Assembly: GCF_006345805.1 (NCBI RefSeq)
Contig: NC_043010.1
Span: 30,566,001-30,630,000, forward strand
DNA from: Octopus sinensis
Lineage: Eukaryota
DNA: 64,000 bases
Direction: 5' to 3'
Shown piece by piece: positions 1 through 11,403 of the stretch. The notes under the pieces were generated by a model, which was given only the letters and a program-made list of their open reading frames with translations, was not told where the DNA came from and searched no databases. Within the stretch, counting starts at the first letter, position 1. Every line of letters begins with the position of its first letter. The position numbers and the translations under genes were made by a program.

Positions 1-720
1 CTTTCTACGCTGTTTCAACTCTTCCATGACTGTTCCAAATCATTTCTCTTTGGCTAAGTATCTTTTCTCAGAGAAGATTTGCATCTTGTGTTTCCTAACT
101 TGTTCAGTTTTCAGGCTTCTATTGTATTCAGGATCTTGTCTTAAAGTCAACACTTCATTGTGTAATCTCCTTTTCCACATTTGCTCTTTTTTTAATCTTT
201 CCTTGTGGATTATCTAATCTTCTATAACTACTATCCTTCCTGCATAGATCAATAAGTTAGTATCTCCTATGTTTTTAGTATCTGTCCTACTGATAACAGA
301 ATATACTTTCCTAGCCATTTCTTGTAGCTTTCTTCTGTTTGGTACATTTTAATGCTGGTAATCTTCTTACTTCTTTACTCATTAATTCCTGCAACTCATC
401 TAAAATCTTCTGATCTTCTTCACTGAAAGCACTTAAGTCGTTGGTGCCAGTTGTCCCTTCGTTATTGGTAGCGCTATTGTTATATTTTCTTTAGGTTTTT
501 CTTTGGTTTGAGCTGTATCTCTTACAATCTTGTTTGTCTTTCCTACTGCCTGGTCTTTCTTTTCCTGTCCTCTTGTGGTCTCTTCCACCTCCAATTCTGT
601 CATCCACTTTCCTCTGCAAATAGCATTAGCTCGATCTCTTAATCTGTTTTATCCTTACGTCGCCAATATCGTTGTACGGTTGATATTGTCGACGATAGAT
701 AAAGAATACTCTGTAACAGT
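1..720 (-). mobile_element. R4/Dong-clade (RLE) non-LTR retrotransposon, decayed N-terminal ORF fragment
   Basis: Minus-strand pieces RLRDRANAICRGKWMTELEVEE, GDTNLLIYAGRIVV and KEQMWKRRLHNEVLTLRQD resemble the pre-RT region of R4/Dong ORFs. Stops and frameshifts present; runs off the window start. Confidence 0.6.
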
Positions 721-1127
721 GTTATAACAATACAAAATAGAAACAGCGGCAGTAACAAACACGTAACGAGCCAACAATCTTTTACGAACCAACAATCAAT
801 ATTTCCAACACATTAACTCAAACTGTAAACTATACCAAAACTTCGAAGACCAAACTACGAATTGCCGACTACGTCAGACTGCTACTATCTATGTGTAGTG
901 GTCCCGTCTATTCTCGCCACAACATAATCTCTGCTCAGTCACTTTAAACATACCCTTCGCTACCCAAAGTGTTAACATCTATTTTCTATAGCCCCTTCTT
1001 TTTGCATGGGATGGACAAGAGAAAGTTATATACAAACCAGATGTAGGGTTAGGTTGTCGTATAACAAACATAACGAAAAGTTTTATATTTTAACAACACA
1101 CATACATACATGCATACATACATAAGC

Positions 1128-1598
1128 ACGGGTGTGGTTGTGCTGTGAGAAATTTGATGCCCGGCCACATGGTTCTCGGTTCAATTACACTGCGCAGCAT
1201 CTTGGGCAAGTGTCTTCTACTAAAAACCTGGGCCAACCAAAGCCTTGTGAGTGGATTTGATAGGTAAAAACTGAAAGAAACCTGTTGACTTTAATCTGCA
1301 TCAAAACTCTGGAATTCCCAAACCAGATATTCCATTTGAGCGTGGGGACACAGAAATACTCTTGGTTAGTATCAGGGCGCGCAGTAAACACCATCGTGTG
1401 TGAGAGGCCAGTTGTAACAGTATCTTTCAAGGAGAGGGACCTAACCATTTGGAAGCGTACAGTAAGATACAACTTTCGTCCGATCAGCAACCGGATTGAA
1501 AAGGCATGTGAATAGTCATGGGTGGAAAGTCAGAAATACCACTGGCAGCAAGGAAAGAGGAGACAGCAATTGTCCTTGAAGATGGAGCAATCACCATG

Positions 1599-1630
<32 letters not shown>

Positions 1631-2020
1631 TGTATGTATGTATGTATGTATGTATGTATGTATGTATGTAGGTAGGTAGGTAGGCAGGTAGGTATGTATG
1701 TAGGTAGGTAGGTAGATAGGTAGGTAGGTAGGTAGGTAGGTAGGTAGATAGGTAGGTAGGTAGGTAGGTAGGTAGGTAGGTAGGTAGGTAGGTAGGTAGG
1801 TAGGTAGGTTGGTGTGTCTTTGCGTTTGTTCTTCACCACCGTTTGACACCCGGTGTTGGCTTGTATACGTCCACGTAACTTAGCGGTTCGGCAAAAATTG
1901 CGATAGAATGAGTATGAGGTTATTTGAAAAATAAGTACTGGGATTGATTCGACGACTAAAAACCCTTCAAGGCGGTGCCCCATCATAACCGTTGTACAAT
2001 GACTGAAACAAGTAAAAGAT
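1128..2020 (+). mobile_element. tRNA-derived SINE type A, split by a ~300-bp insert and a (TATG)n(TAGG)n array
   Basis: 5' half 1128-1290 (degenerate A/B boxes, cttgggcaagtgtcttctac, ccaaagccttgtgagtggattt) and 3' half 1811-2020 (gtaacttagcggttcggcaaaa...gactgaaacaagtaaaaga) match the other type A copies. Confidence 0.8.
1597..1808. repeat. Compound (TATG)n-(TAGG)n microsatellite
   Basis: Read directly; explains the PTYL/HTYI ORFs. Confidence 0.95.
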
Positions 2021-2036
2021 AAAAAAAGATATATAG

Positions 2037-2084
<48 letters not shown>

Positions 2085-2127
2085 CACACACACACTCACG
2101 CACATGTATGCATGTATATATATATAT

Positions 2128-2186
2128 AACGGGAAGCTTTATGAAAATAAACAAAAGACGAAGGCAGGTGGAAAACAAACGAACAA
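2128..2186 (-). mobile_element. Family E 3' fragment (ribozyme part absent)
   Basis: Reverse complement ttgtt..ttccacctgccttcgtcttttgtttattttcataaagcttcccgtt matches the 3' parts of 5497-5630 and 23575-23708. Confidence 0.7.
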
Positions 2187-2884
2187 TATATATATATGTA
2201 TACACACGCACACACACACTCACATATATATATATATAAAATGCGAAGTGAAGTTTTAAATGTTTACGGTATTTGCTTCCATAACGGAAGTGGAGCAAAT
2301 TTTAGAACTGAAAATGTTTTACTTTTCGAAACAGGAGTTATACATATACGTACATTGCAATAGTAATTTAACTTGGTAGGGGATATATGAACTCATTCTC
2401 TAAATAGATTCCACGCCCCTTCAACAATTTCCGTTGTTCTTCCGATGTTTATATTTTTCCGGTGTATGATACACTCTCCCACACACTCTCGCGCGCACTT
2501 TATATCATTCAGTGTTAGATGTCACATTGACTTATGTGAGATGCGAGCAATAATAGGGCTATATAAAAATATGGCTCGGTTTTCGTGAAAAGTAAATAGA
2601 TGAATGCTTGAAACTGTGAATCTCGCATGTGGTTCGATTTTTACTTCGATTCTTTTTCTTTTGTTTTCTCTCAAGATGATCTCTCTATTTTTATATTTAG
2701 AACATCGGAGAGTCCGATTGAGCAAAAATAAAGAAAAAAATTTTTTTCACGAACATCCTTAGAAAACAAAGTATAATTTCTAATAATTTACACAAAATGT
2801 CGGCTTTTTATACAACACTGAATTGCTCTCGTCAACGTTATCTCTGGAAGCATGTTCAAAACATTGGCAGGATCAACATCACAC

Positions 2885-3215
2885 AAAATACTTTACTTAA
2901 GCCATTCGCTTCCAATGGATCATAGACCACCGACGACTTTTATCTGCTGCCCTCGATTTTGGGCATATGTTTCCCTGAAGGAAGGCCTTCCTCTCTCAGG
3001 TCTTGGTTTTGAATTGCCAACTGAGTTTCTGTAAGTTTGCTTCTTTTTTTTTACTAGGTAGGGGTGTTTGGGCCCTACACAAACCCATTTTTACCTCTAG
3101 GCAGTCCATATTAGCCTGGCCTCTGTCCTTTAACCTATCCTGGTGTGGGTCTCAGAGCCATTGCGACACATGGACCACCATACCACATCACAACAAGACC
3201 AGGACCTTGTGATGG
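2885..3215 (-). mobile_element. Short RTE-like non-autonomous element
   Basis: Minus strand ends gtcgtcggtggtctatgatccattggaagcgaatggcttaagtaa, resembling RTE LINE 3' termini (recalled VGGLCS..S..L-stop motif). No RT sequence. Confidence 0.4.
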
Positions 3216-3728
3216 TTCAGGCAAAATGCTTTGCAGTATTTCTTTCGACTCTCCGAGATGAACTTCGCCTTTCACCCTTGCGGATACGATAAAATATAAA
3301 ATACCAGTCAAGTATCAAGGTCGACGATATCAACTAAACTCTTAACTGAAAAACTGCTGGCTTTCTGCCTAAATTAAAAATTATTATCGAATATTTTCTT
3401 CCTTGAAATATTTCAGTTATTGAATGTCCACGTTTAATTAAAATATAATCAATAACGATACGAAGTTCAGTGGTAGCATCTTCGTTTATTGTTGTAATTT
3501 CACTGCTTCTACGAATAAATAAACGAATAGTAAACAGCATTTATTAAGCTAAAATTTGCATTTTTAAACAACTTATTCAGTGAAGCTTTCATAATTAACA
3601 ATTAACTATTTTATTTGTATAAAATTCGATTGTAGTAGATTTGATTAACTCCCCTGACAATTCTAGGGACCCTAATTGTAAACGATTACATTACACACAC
3701 AAACGCGCGCGCGCACACATATACATAT

Positions 3729-3777
<49 letters not shown>

Positions 3778-3991
3778 TCGGAGATTTTTATGGTAGTTGA
3801 AAAAACATTAGCGTCAATTTCTAATTCAGTACGCGGCGAGGTACTTAGCTGACCCATGATTATAATTATTATATAATCATAGAATATTATATATATATAT
3901 AAACAGGAGATTGGTAAAATCTTGGTATTATTTATTCACCGTTACACGTGTTTCATTTTCTAATATGTGTTACATAATGTATTATTTGATT

Positions 3992-4090
3992 CTCTGTCTG
4001 AAGATTTTCTAACAGGAAATATCTTACATGTATTCTACTACATGTAGAATTTTCTAGCTCCTATTAGAAAATGAAACACGTGTAATGGTG
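3992..4090 (+). ncRNA. Minimal type I hammerhead ribozyme-like motif
   Basis: CTGAAGA 3998-4004; stem II TTTTCTAACAGGA/TCCTATTAGAAAA; GAAA 4073-4076; palindromic stem III ACACGTGT; GTA cleavage triplet. Stem I weak and one nucleotide short between core and stem II. Confidence 0.65.
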
Positions 4091-4419
4091 AATAAACAGT
4101 ACCAAAATGTTTCTAGCCGCTTGTTTTGATATTATTATTCTGCAGAAAATATTTACCAGTATTTTCAACGCTTATGCATGCCTCACACAAATTTAACATC
4201 AACATACGAATGTGGAATACTAAAATAAGCGGATGTGCTTCAAGAGGACATGGGTTGGATTCTAATCCTATTTAAATAATGCACGCACGTACACAGACAC
4301 ACACACACATACACACAACACACATACACACACACGCACGCACACACACGCACACACACGCACACACACACTCACTGATACATACACATTCATACATGCG
4401 CACATACATCACTTTGTCG

Positions 4420-4545
4420 ACCGGACTACTGGATTTTTTATAGTGTTTTCCCCAAGAAAACAACACACCGCCTGGTCCGAAAATCGAAACCACGACTTTG
4501 TGATCGTAAGTGCAACATCCAAACCACCAGGCCACAGGCCTTCAT
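4420..4545 (-). mobile_element. CORE-like tRNA SINE (type D), 5' fragment
   Basis: Minus strand has a tRNA-like head with B-box ggtttcgatttt, followed by ggtgtgttgttttcttgggg; related to 6420-6546, 14920-15020, 23250-23533, 24882-25062 and 50270-50345. Confidence 0.6.
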
Positions 4546-5496
4546 ACATGCACACACACACACTCACACACGCACACACACGCACGCACACACGCACGCA
4601 CACACTTACGCACGCGCCCGTTCACACACACATACGCACACATTATTACTATTTTTATGCCCCGCATGAAATAAAAATTAGCTCAATCATTAGAGACTAA
4701 CATACACCCACTCTGACTCGTAATGTAATACGCATTGTTAATACACACTCATAATAACGCACACACACACATACTTTTCCTTCTGCTATGACTGAACGAA
4801 ATGGCAAAGTCATTATAAAACTGAACTCACAACACGCAGTGGTAATGGCGACATGTTTATTATATATTGAATTTTAATGACTACGGGAATTGTGGCTGTG
4901 TAATGTTGAAATTTTTATCGTTTACTGAATCAGACACGAAATTCCCTGCACAGAATTAGTATTTTATTATTTAGATAGAAATCATTTACTTCATACATTC
5001 AATAATTAACACTTGTACTTATATATATATATGTGTACTATTGAACAAAATTATAAAGTCCTCGGAAGGTAGAAAGATAGGGTATTTCCATTGAGAAATG
5101 CTATATGTATTATATGTACCCGCCGTGACCTGTTGGGTCACAACCACTCCAAGGGGAAAATGTCGATGCGCAGCGGGAAAGGAAAAAATACTATTTCGAA
5201 CTTCATGTAATCAAATTCTTAAATTAACACAGTTGTCCTGCCTTTTGTGTTTCTTCTTTGAAAACCTTCAAATGGCCTTCAACTTTTTCCTCGATCTCTT
5301 CTTTGCCATTCTTTATTACAACTGTTTCAACTGAAATATATGGGTACTTCAGCATAAAGTAAGGTTTTTTGCAAAGTCATCATTGATGTACAATGAAAAG
5401 AATTCTGTCAATGTTGTTCTCATATGTCGTTCATTGACATCCATATGTCACGCATTTTTTTCTCTCCTTGTTTCTCTCCTTGTTTTTTTCTGTGTA

Positions 5497-5630
5497 TCTT
5501 TCTGTCGAAGAGTGTAGGCTCGAAACGTAAAAGACTTTTTTCTATTCCTGAGCGCTATACTAATACATTTGTTTGTTTGTACTCCACCTGCCTTCGTCTT
5601 TTGCTTATTTTCGTAAACTTTCCCTTTATA
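5497..5630 (+). mobile_element. Family E short repeat with HHR-like fold and CTGT-N-GA core
   Basis: tcttt-CTGTCGA-A-GAGT-gtag-GCTC-GAAA-CG-TA-aaaga, then a ~100-bp tail shared with 23575-23708, 41648-41730 and 2128-2186. Confidence 0.7.
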
Positions 5631-6419
5631 TTCTCATTATTTCTTAGCAATATTCTTTGTTCGTCTGGTAGATGAACTTGCAGTTTCGTTAATACGAGTG
5701 CTCTTACATGAATTGAAAATCCTAAAATGGACACAACTCAATCGGAAGGCTTAATATACCTACTCATTAGATATTGACTAATGTCATTATCATTGTTTAT
5801 TTGAACAGCAGCTTAATCATTTCCTTTCAGCGTATACTAGACCTTGTACTTAATTTACTTTACTGAGGCAACGATTTCAACGTTGCAGTGGTATTTAAAT
5901 ACTCCTAAAAGAGTTGTATTATAAGGTACAACCCATTTGTTGTTTGTTTTTCCATTCTTATGAGATTCAATTCTTCCCATTGCATCTGATCTTCGTCTAT
6001 AAAGAGATAGTCTCTCTGTCTTTCTGCTTTTTGATTAAGATGATAAAGATTAATATTTTACTTTAAATAAAACAGTAATATTTCCCATTAATAAAAAAAA
6101 ATCAAGTACCCGTGATTCAAAAGATATCGCATGAAAATATAGGGAGAATTTCTATTTCAGTCCACGGCACTCGAAAGTTATAAAAATGATTAAGGGAAGA
6201 AGAAAGAAAGTAAGAAAAAAAGACGGACGACAGTAGCTCCGACGATTCTTTGAAGTGTCGACATTTTCAACTTGATTTTTTTTTTTCTTCTTAAAAGGGG
6301 AAATGGCTATTTTATTTGCAATATTTATCATCTCAATCAAATGGCTGGAAAATAGACAAAATTTGAGTTTTAATATTATATATATATATATAAGTGTGTG
6401 TGTGTGTGTATTACTCATT

Positions 6420-6546
6420 TACAGCTGAATTAACTGGACTGACGTGAAATGAAGCGTTTTGCTCAAGAACACAACGCACCGCCCAGTCGGGAATCGAGGC
6501 CACGATCTTGCGTTGCAATACCCCAACCACTGGGACACACGCCTTC
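6420..6546 (-). mobile_element. CORE-like tRNA SINE (type D), 5' fragment
   Basis: Minus strand B-box-like cctcgattccc followed by gttgtgttcttgagcaaaacgcttcatttcacgtcagtccagtt. Confidence 0.65.
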
Positions 6547-6597
6547 ATTTATATAACATAGATAAAAGAATCTTGTGACTTTGCCGGAATATAATAA

Positions 6598-6802
6598 TCA
6601 TTTCTACTATAGGCACAAAAGCTGAAATTTGCGGGGAAGGGGATAGTCGGTTACATCGACTCCAGTGTTTCACTGGTATTTATTCATTGATCCCGAAAAG
6701 ATGAAAAATAAAGTTGACCTCAATGGAATTTGAACTCAGAACATAAAGAATTGGTTTTAAGCATTTCGCCTGGCGTGCTAACGATTCTGCCACCACGCCG
6801 CC
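6598..6802 (-). mobile_element. tRNA-derived SINE type B
   Basis: Minus strand: ggcggcgtggtggcagaatcgttagcacgcc...gagttcaaattcc...tcatcttttcgggatcaat...gtcgatgtaaccgact...tgtgcctatagtagaaa. Confidence 0.8.
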
Positions 6803-7489
6803 GTACTCTTACGACATAAAAATACCAGACATTTATCAGTGATTGCAGTGCTTAAAAAATATTTGACATTTTTATCAGCTTGAAATCTTTTATTTCTGTT
6901 TTTAAAAAAGTAAATTGATAACATGCTTAGCGTTGATAAGACAATTTTCTGAAAAAGATTTTGAGAAATGGTATTATATTTATGGTTCGTACATAAACTA
7001 GCCTAACCTGTTTTGTTAACAAAGCATTTCTTGCCATGGAGGAGGATATTGCAAACGAAACAGATTTCAAGCTCGAAATGTAGAACTTGATTACATGACT
7101 ACAAGAACGGCTAGAACAACCTGTGAATTTGTACCCCAATTTCAGAGGCTTTGCTATGAAAGCTTGAAGAAAAACGATGAAAGTATTGAAAACGAGAAGG
7201 ATTTGAAAGGCTTTTATGAAAAATTTCCGGTTGCATCTGACAATTTCGGGAAGCCTGTACATACAAATATACAGACAGACAGATAGATATTTATTATTCT
7301 TATACTAGAATGTTGCTGCCAGTGACTTCGAAGTTTCAGCCAGTTAAGCTATCGTCGGACTGCAGTCTTGTATAAGAATAATTAATTTGCACTCTACAGG
7401 AGTATAGAGTAACCCGGGTCGATGTAATCGATTTACCCATCGACTCGAACTTGTTGGTCTTGTGCCAAAATTTGAAATCTTTATAACTG

Positions 7490-7885
7490 AACATGTGGCT
7501 GTGTGGTAAGTAGTTTGATTACCAACCACATGGTTCCGGGTTCATTTCCACTGCGTGGCACCTTGGGCAAGTATCTTCTACTATAGCCTTGGGCCGACCA
7601 AAGCCTTGTGAGTGGATTTGTAGACGGAAACTGAAAGAAGCCCGTCGTATATATGTATATATGTATGTGTGTGTATATATTTGCGTGTCTTTGTTTGTCC
7701 CCTGCCAACATTGCTTGACAACCGATGGTGGTGTGTTTACGTCCCCGTAACTTAGCGGTTCGGTAAAAAAGACCGATAGAATAAATACTAGGCTTACAAA
7801 GAATAAGTCCTGGGGTCGATTTGCTCGACTAAAGGCGGTGCTCCAGCATAGCCGCAGTCAAATGACTGAAACAATTAAAAGAGAG
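7490..7885 (+). mobile_element. Full-length tRNA-derived SINE type A with central microsatellite
   Basis: A-box-like gtggctgtgtggt, B-box-like gggttcatttcc, central (TA)/(TG) tract and tail gactgaaacaattaaaagag; near-identical to 34740-35150 and 59063-59468. Probably one of the published octopus OK/OR1/OR2 SINEs; exact family not verified. Confidence 0.9.
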
Positions 7886-7894
7886 AAAAGAGAA

Positions 7895-7959
<65 letters not shown>

Positions 7960-7960
7960 C

Positions 7961-8008
<48 letters not shown>

Positions 8009-8078
8009 TGATAGATAGATAGATGGGTGGATGGATGGATAGATGGATAGATAGACAGATAGTTAGATAGACAGATAG

Positions 8079-8115
<37 letters not shown>

Positions 8116-8130
8116 CACACACACACACAC
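7895..8130. repeat. (AGAT)n microsatellite grading into (GGAT), (AG) and (AC)
   Basis: Read directly. Confidence 0.95.
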
Positions 8131-8689
8131 ACCACACACACATATACACATGGTTTTAAAAACACACCCTGTTTATATTTCTATTTAAACGTTTGTTCTC
8201 TATTGTTATTCTGCTTAATAAAAAAACAACAGCCTAAGCAATCTATTAGAACACAGATATAACTCATCCCTACCAATCTGTATATTTAATACTGCTTCAT
8301 CTACCTCTAAAAACATGCCTACCTTGCCTGTACTCCACTAACCCTCTCCAATCCCTATATGTTTGCACTATCTACCCGCTTTGCTTAATTTAGTTTCTAT
8401 TCTTTTAACCACATAGCATCTGGCTTGGATTTGTTTACGAAGAATCTCTGAGATCCATCAAGCCCCGAGAGAAATAAATAAATAATTACTCTGCATGTGC
8501 ATTTAGGACTGTGTGTGTATGTGAGTGTGTGGGGGAGGATATTTGTGTGTGTGTGTGTGGTGTGTGTGTGTGTGTGTGTATGACAAGGGGTTCTGTGTTT
8601 GAGTGGGTATGTGGGGTGGCTGATTTTGTGTTTCTCTGTCTTTGTATTACTTAACTGTTTTCATATACAGAAATGTCTTGAAATAAGTT

Positions 8690-8970
8690 ATTGCTATTGC
8701 TGCTGTTATTGGTGGTGGTGGTGGTGGTGCCGGTGGTGGTGGCGGTGGTGGTGGTGCCGATTGTGGTGCTGCGGCTGCTACTGCTGCTGTTGCTGGTACA
8801 TGTGTGGTCTTGATAGTTGTATGGTGATATTGGTAGCTGTGGTGAGGTGGTAGGGATGTTGTTGGATGAGGGGTAGTGGTGGTGATGAGGTGGTGATGGT
8901 GGTGGTGGTGGTGGTGGTGGTGGTGGTGGTGGCAGTGACGGAGTGTTGTTGTTGCTGCAGCTGCTGTTGT
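8690..8970. repeat. Compound (GGT)n/(GCT)n/(GTT)n trinucleotide tract
   Basis: Read directly; source of the poly-W, poly-P and poly-V ORFs. Confidence 0.9.
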
Positions 8971-9094
8971 TATTTAATACCAAGCAGATCTGACCAAAGC
9001 AATTTCTTTGATCATAGATCTAATCGACAGACCTATGATTTAGCAATAGCCACTTCAACGGTTTTTGTTCTTGGTTTTCTCTGGCTTAATGTAC

Positions 9095-9200
9095 CTTGGA
9101 CAGCATTATCCAATGTGTCTATTTTTTAATGGTAGGGTGTGATTTGAGGATGATTTGGCTGTTGTTACGAGCAGGTCAAGCGATTACAGAGATGTCCCCA
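9095..9200 (-). repeat. Unclassified interspersed repeat (family G)
   Basis: Core cagccaaat..cctcaaatcacaccctac recurs in diverged form near 11255-11390 (+), 13280-13345 (-), 24800-24880 (+) and 63495-63575 (-). Confidence 0.5.
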
Positions 9201-9405
9201 CTCTAGTTTTTTGCATGCAGCTATGTAAAACGAAATATATGTTAGTATGACTATATCTGCGTATGGTATACATACATATATACATACATACATACATATA
9301 TGTTTGTGTGTGTGTGTATACATATATATAGAGAGAGAGACAAACAGACAGGCTCAGACACGCGCGCACACAAACTTACAGATATAGACACATAAGCGCA
9401 TATAT

Positions 9406-9436
<31 letters not shown>

Positions 9437-9470
9437 GGCGGACAGACAGACAGACAGACAGACAGATATA

Positions 9471-10784
9471 TAGGGGTTAAGCAAAATAGTCGAACCACAT
9501 TGTGAAATGTAAGTTTATTATTAATTCGAAGTCGTTTTTTTTTATTTTTTAGCGTCAGTCACAACTTTAATATGTCGAGGAATTGACTCGTACAGGTTCT
9601 GAGTGGTTGATAGGGGAATTTTAAGCCATTCTTCAAGTAAAAACTTGCTTTTGCTCTTTCAGTGTCGATGATGGAAGGAAGCGGTTCTTCACTTACTGCT
9701 CGAAAATGCAACTATAAATCTTCTATTATAATTAGATCCGGTAATTGGGGGGTGGGGGAACGGAGGGTAGGTTCAAGGGGTCTACTCACTTTTGTGTTTC
9801 TCGTACCAATTTTAAATAGCATGGGCCATGTGAATCGATGCATTATTGTCCTAGATCATTACGCTACCATCAGGGAACAATTTTTGTACTGTAGAATAGA
9901 CATGATCGACCAAAATACTCAGATAACCCTTGGCGTTAATTCTGCCATGTAGAACAACTAAAGGCTTCAAAAGAATTTCGTGAAATGACTACCAGAATTA
10001 TTACAGAACCACCTCCTTGCACCACAGTAGGGACCAAAGTGTCGTGGTTGAAGGCTTCTTCGGGCTCTCTCCAGACATAAACGCGTTCCGAAGTGGTAAA
10101 AGGGATGAATGATGATTCATCCGAGAAGATGGCATTGTTCCATTGACCACTTCTGGTTGTTCAGAGACCATTTTTTCCACTAATCAATGTTGATGGGAGA
10201 CAGGAGGTGGTTGTGGTTAGCAATTGCAGCCTTCCTATGGATTCCTACTTTATGGAGTTTACGACAAACAGTTTTGGTCGACACGGGGTTGGCAAGGTGG
10301 TAGTTTAGTTTTGTTTTCGCTTTTGCTGCCGTAGTTTGATGGTTTTTAGAAATAGTTTTATTATCCTGCGATCCCTTTCTGTGAGCTTTGCATTCCGTCT
10401 AGAACAATGCTTTTCAAAGCAAGTTTTACCTTGGTTTTGGAATGCCAACATGATTTTTCAGATACTATACTTCTCGAAACATTAAGCAATTCAACAGTTT
10501 TAGTGACTGCTGATCCAGCCCGCCACGCTACAACAATTTGTCCTCTTGGAAATCCGATATGTCACGCCTTTTAACATATTTAAATATATCTGGAAAAAAA
10601 GAAGAGTGAGTGAAAGAGAGGGCTATATCATTAAATAGAGGACATCCATAATGCATATGAACATACACACATACACACACACACACAGAGACTAGAATAG
10701 TTTTGAATTTTGTCATATTGCCAAATAGATAACAGAGTTAAATAAAAGAAAAGAAAATGGTGTTTCCATTTTGTCCAGCTCCTG
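9471..10784 (-). mobile_element. Old Tc1-like DNA transposon remnant
   Basis: Degenerate TIRs taggggttaagcaaaatag and ggtgtttccattttgtccagctcctg with flanking TA. Minus-strand remnants DNNASIHMAHAI*NWYEKHKSE and PQLPDLIIIEDL resemble the Tc1 catalytic region. Same TIR type as 26839-28082. Confidence 0.75.
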
Positions 10785-11403
10785 TACAACATACGTACAT
10801 GCATACATACATACATACATACATACATACATACATACATACATACATACATACATACATACATCATGGCATAACAACATAATTATACATATTTACACAT
10901 ACTTATATATATCATACTCTACCTTTCTGAAGATTTAAAACTCCCTGTCAAAATTATTTTTTCCAATATATATTAATTTCATTCTGGAATCAGTCGGTTA
11001 TTTTTGACTCAACTAATTCATTCGGTAATCAATTCCAAATTTTATCGATCTATAAAGATATGTTGCTCTTTTTAGCTTCATTCAAAGCTTCTTAAATAAT
11101 TCATGACCAGACTTTTGTTGTTGACTAACGGAATTTTTTGTTATCGACTTTGTTCAGGTTTAGTTTCTCTCTCCCTCTCCCCTCTCTCTCCATCTCTCTC
11201 CCCCTTTCTCTCCTTTTTGTAACCGTTTAAGGAAAGACAGTGTGAGGCTCTACGTTACCTTTGGACCTTCTAGAAACAACAGCCAAATTTCACCCAAATA
11301 AAGCCTTAGTGCCTTATACACGGAAGGACTCATTTGATAATGTAGTGTCTGGGAAAAGATGGTATGGTCAGGATTGAACTCTCCTTAATATTACACCTTG
11401 CTG

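Noticed and set aside
730-1080. HDV-like ribozyme in the putative 5' UTR of the R4-like fragment
   Set aside because: Expected for some RLE elements, but I could not build the nested pseudoknot by eye.
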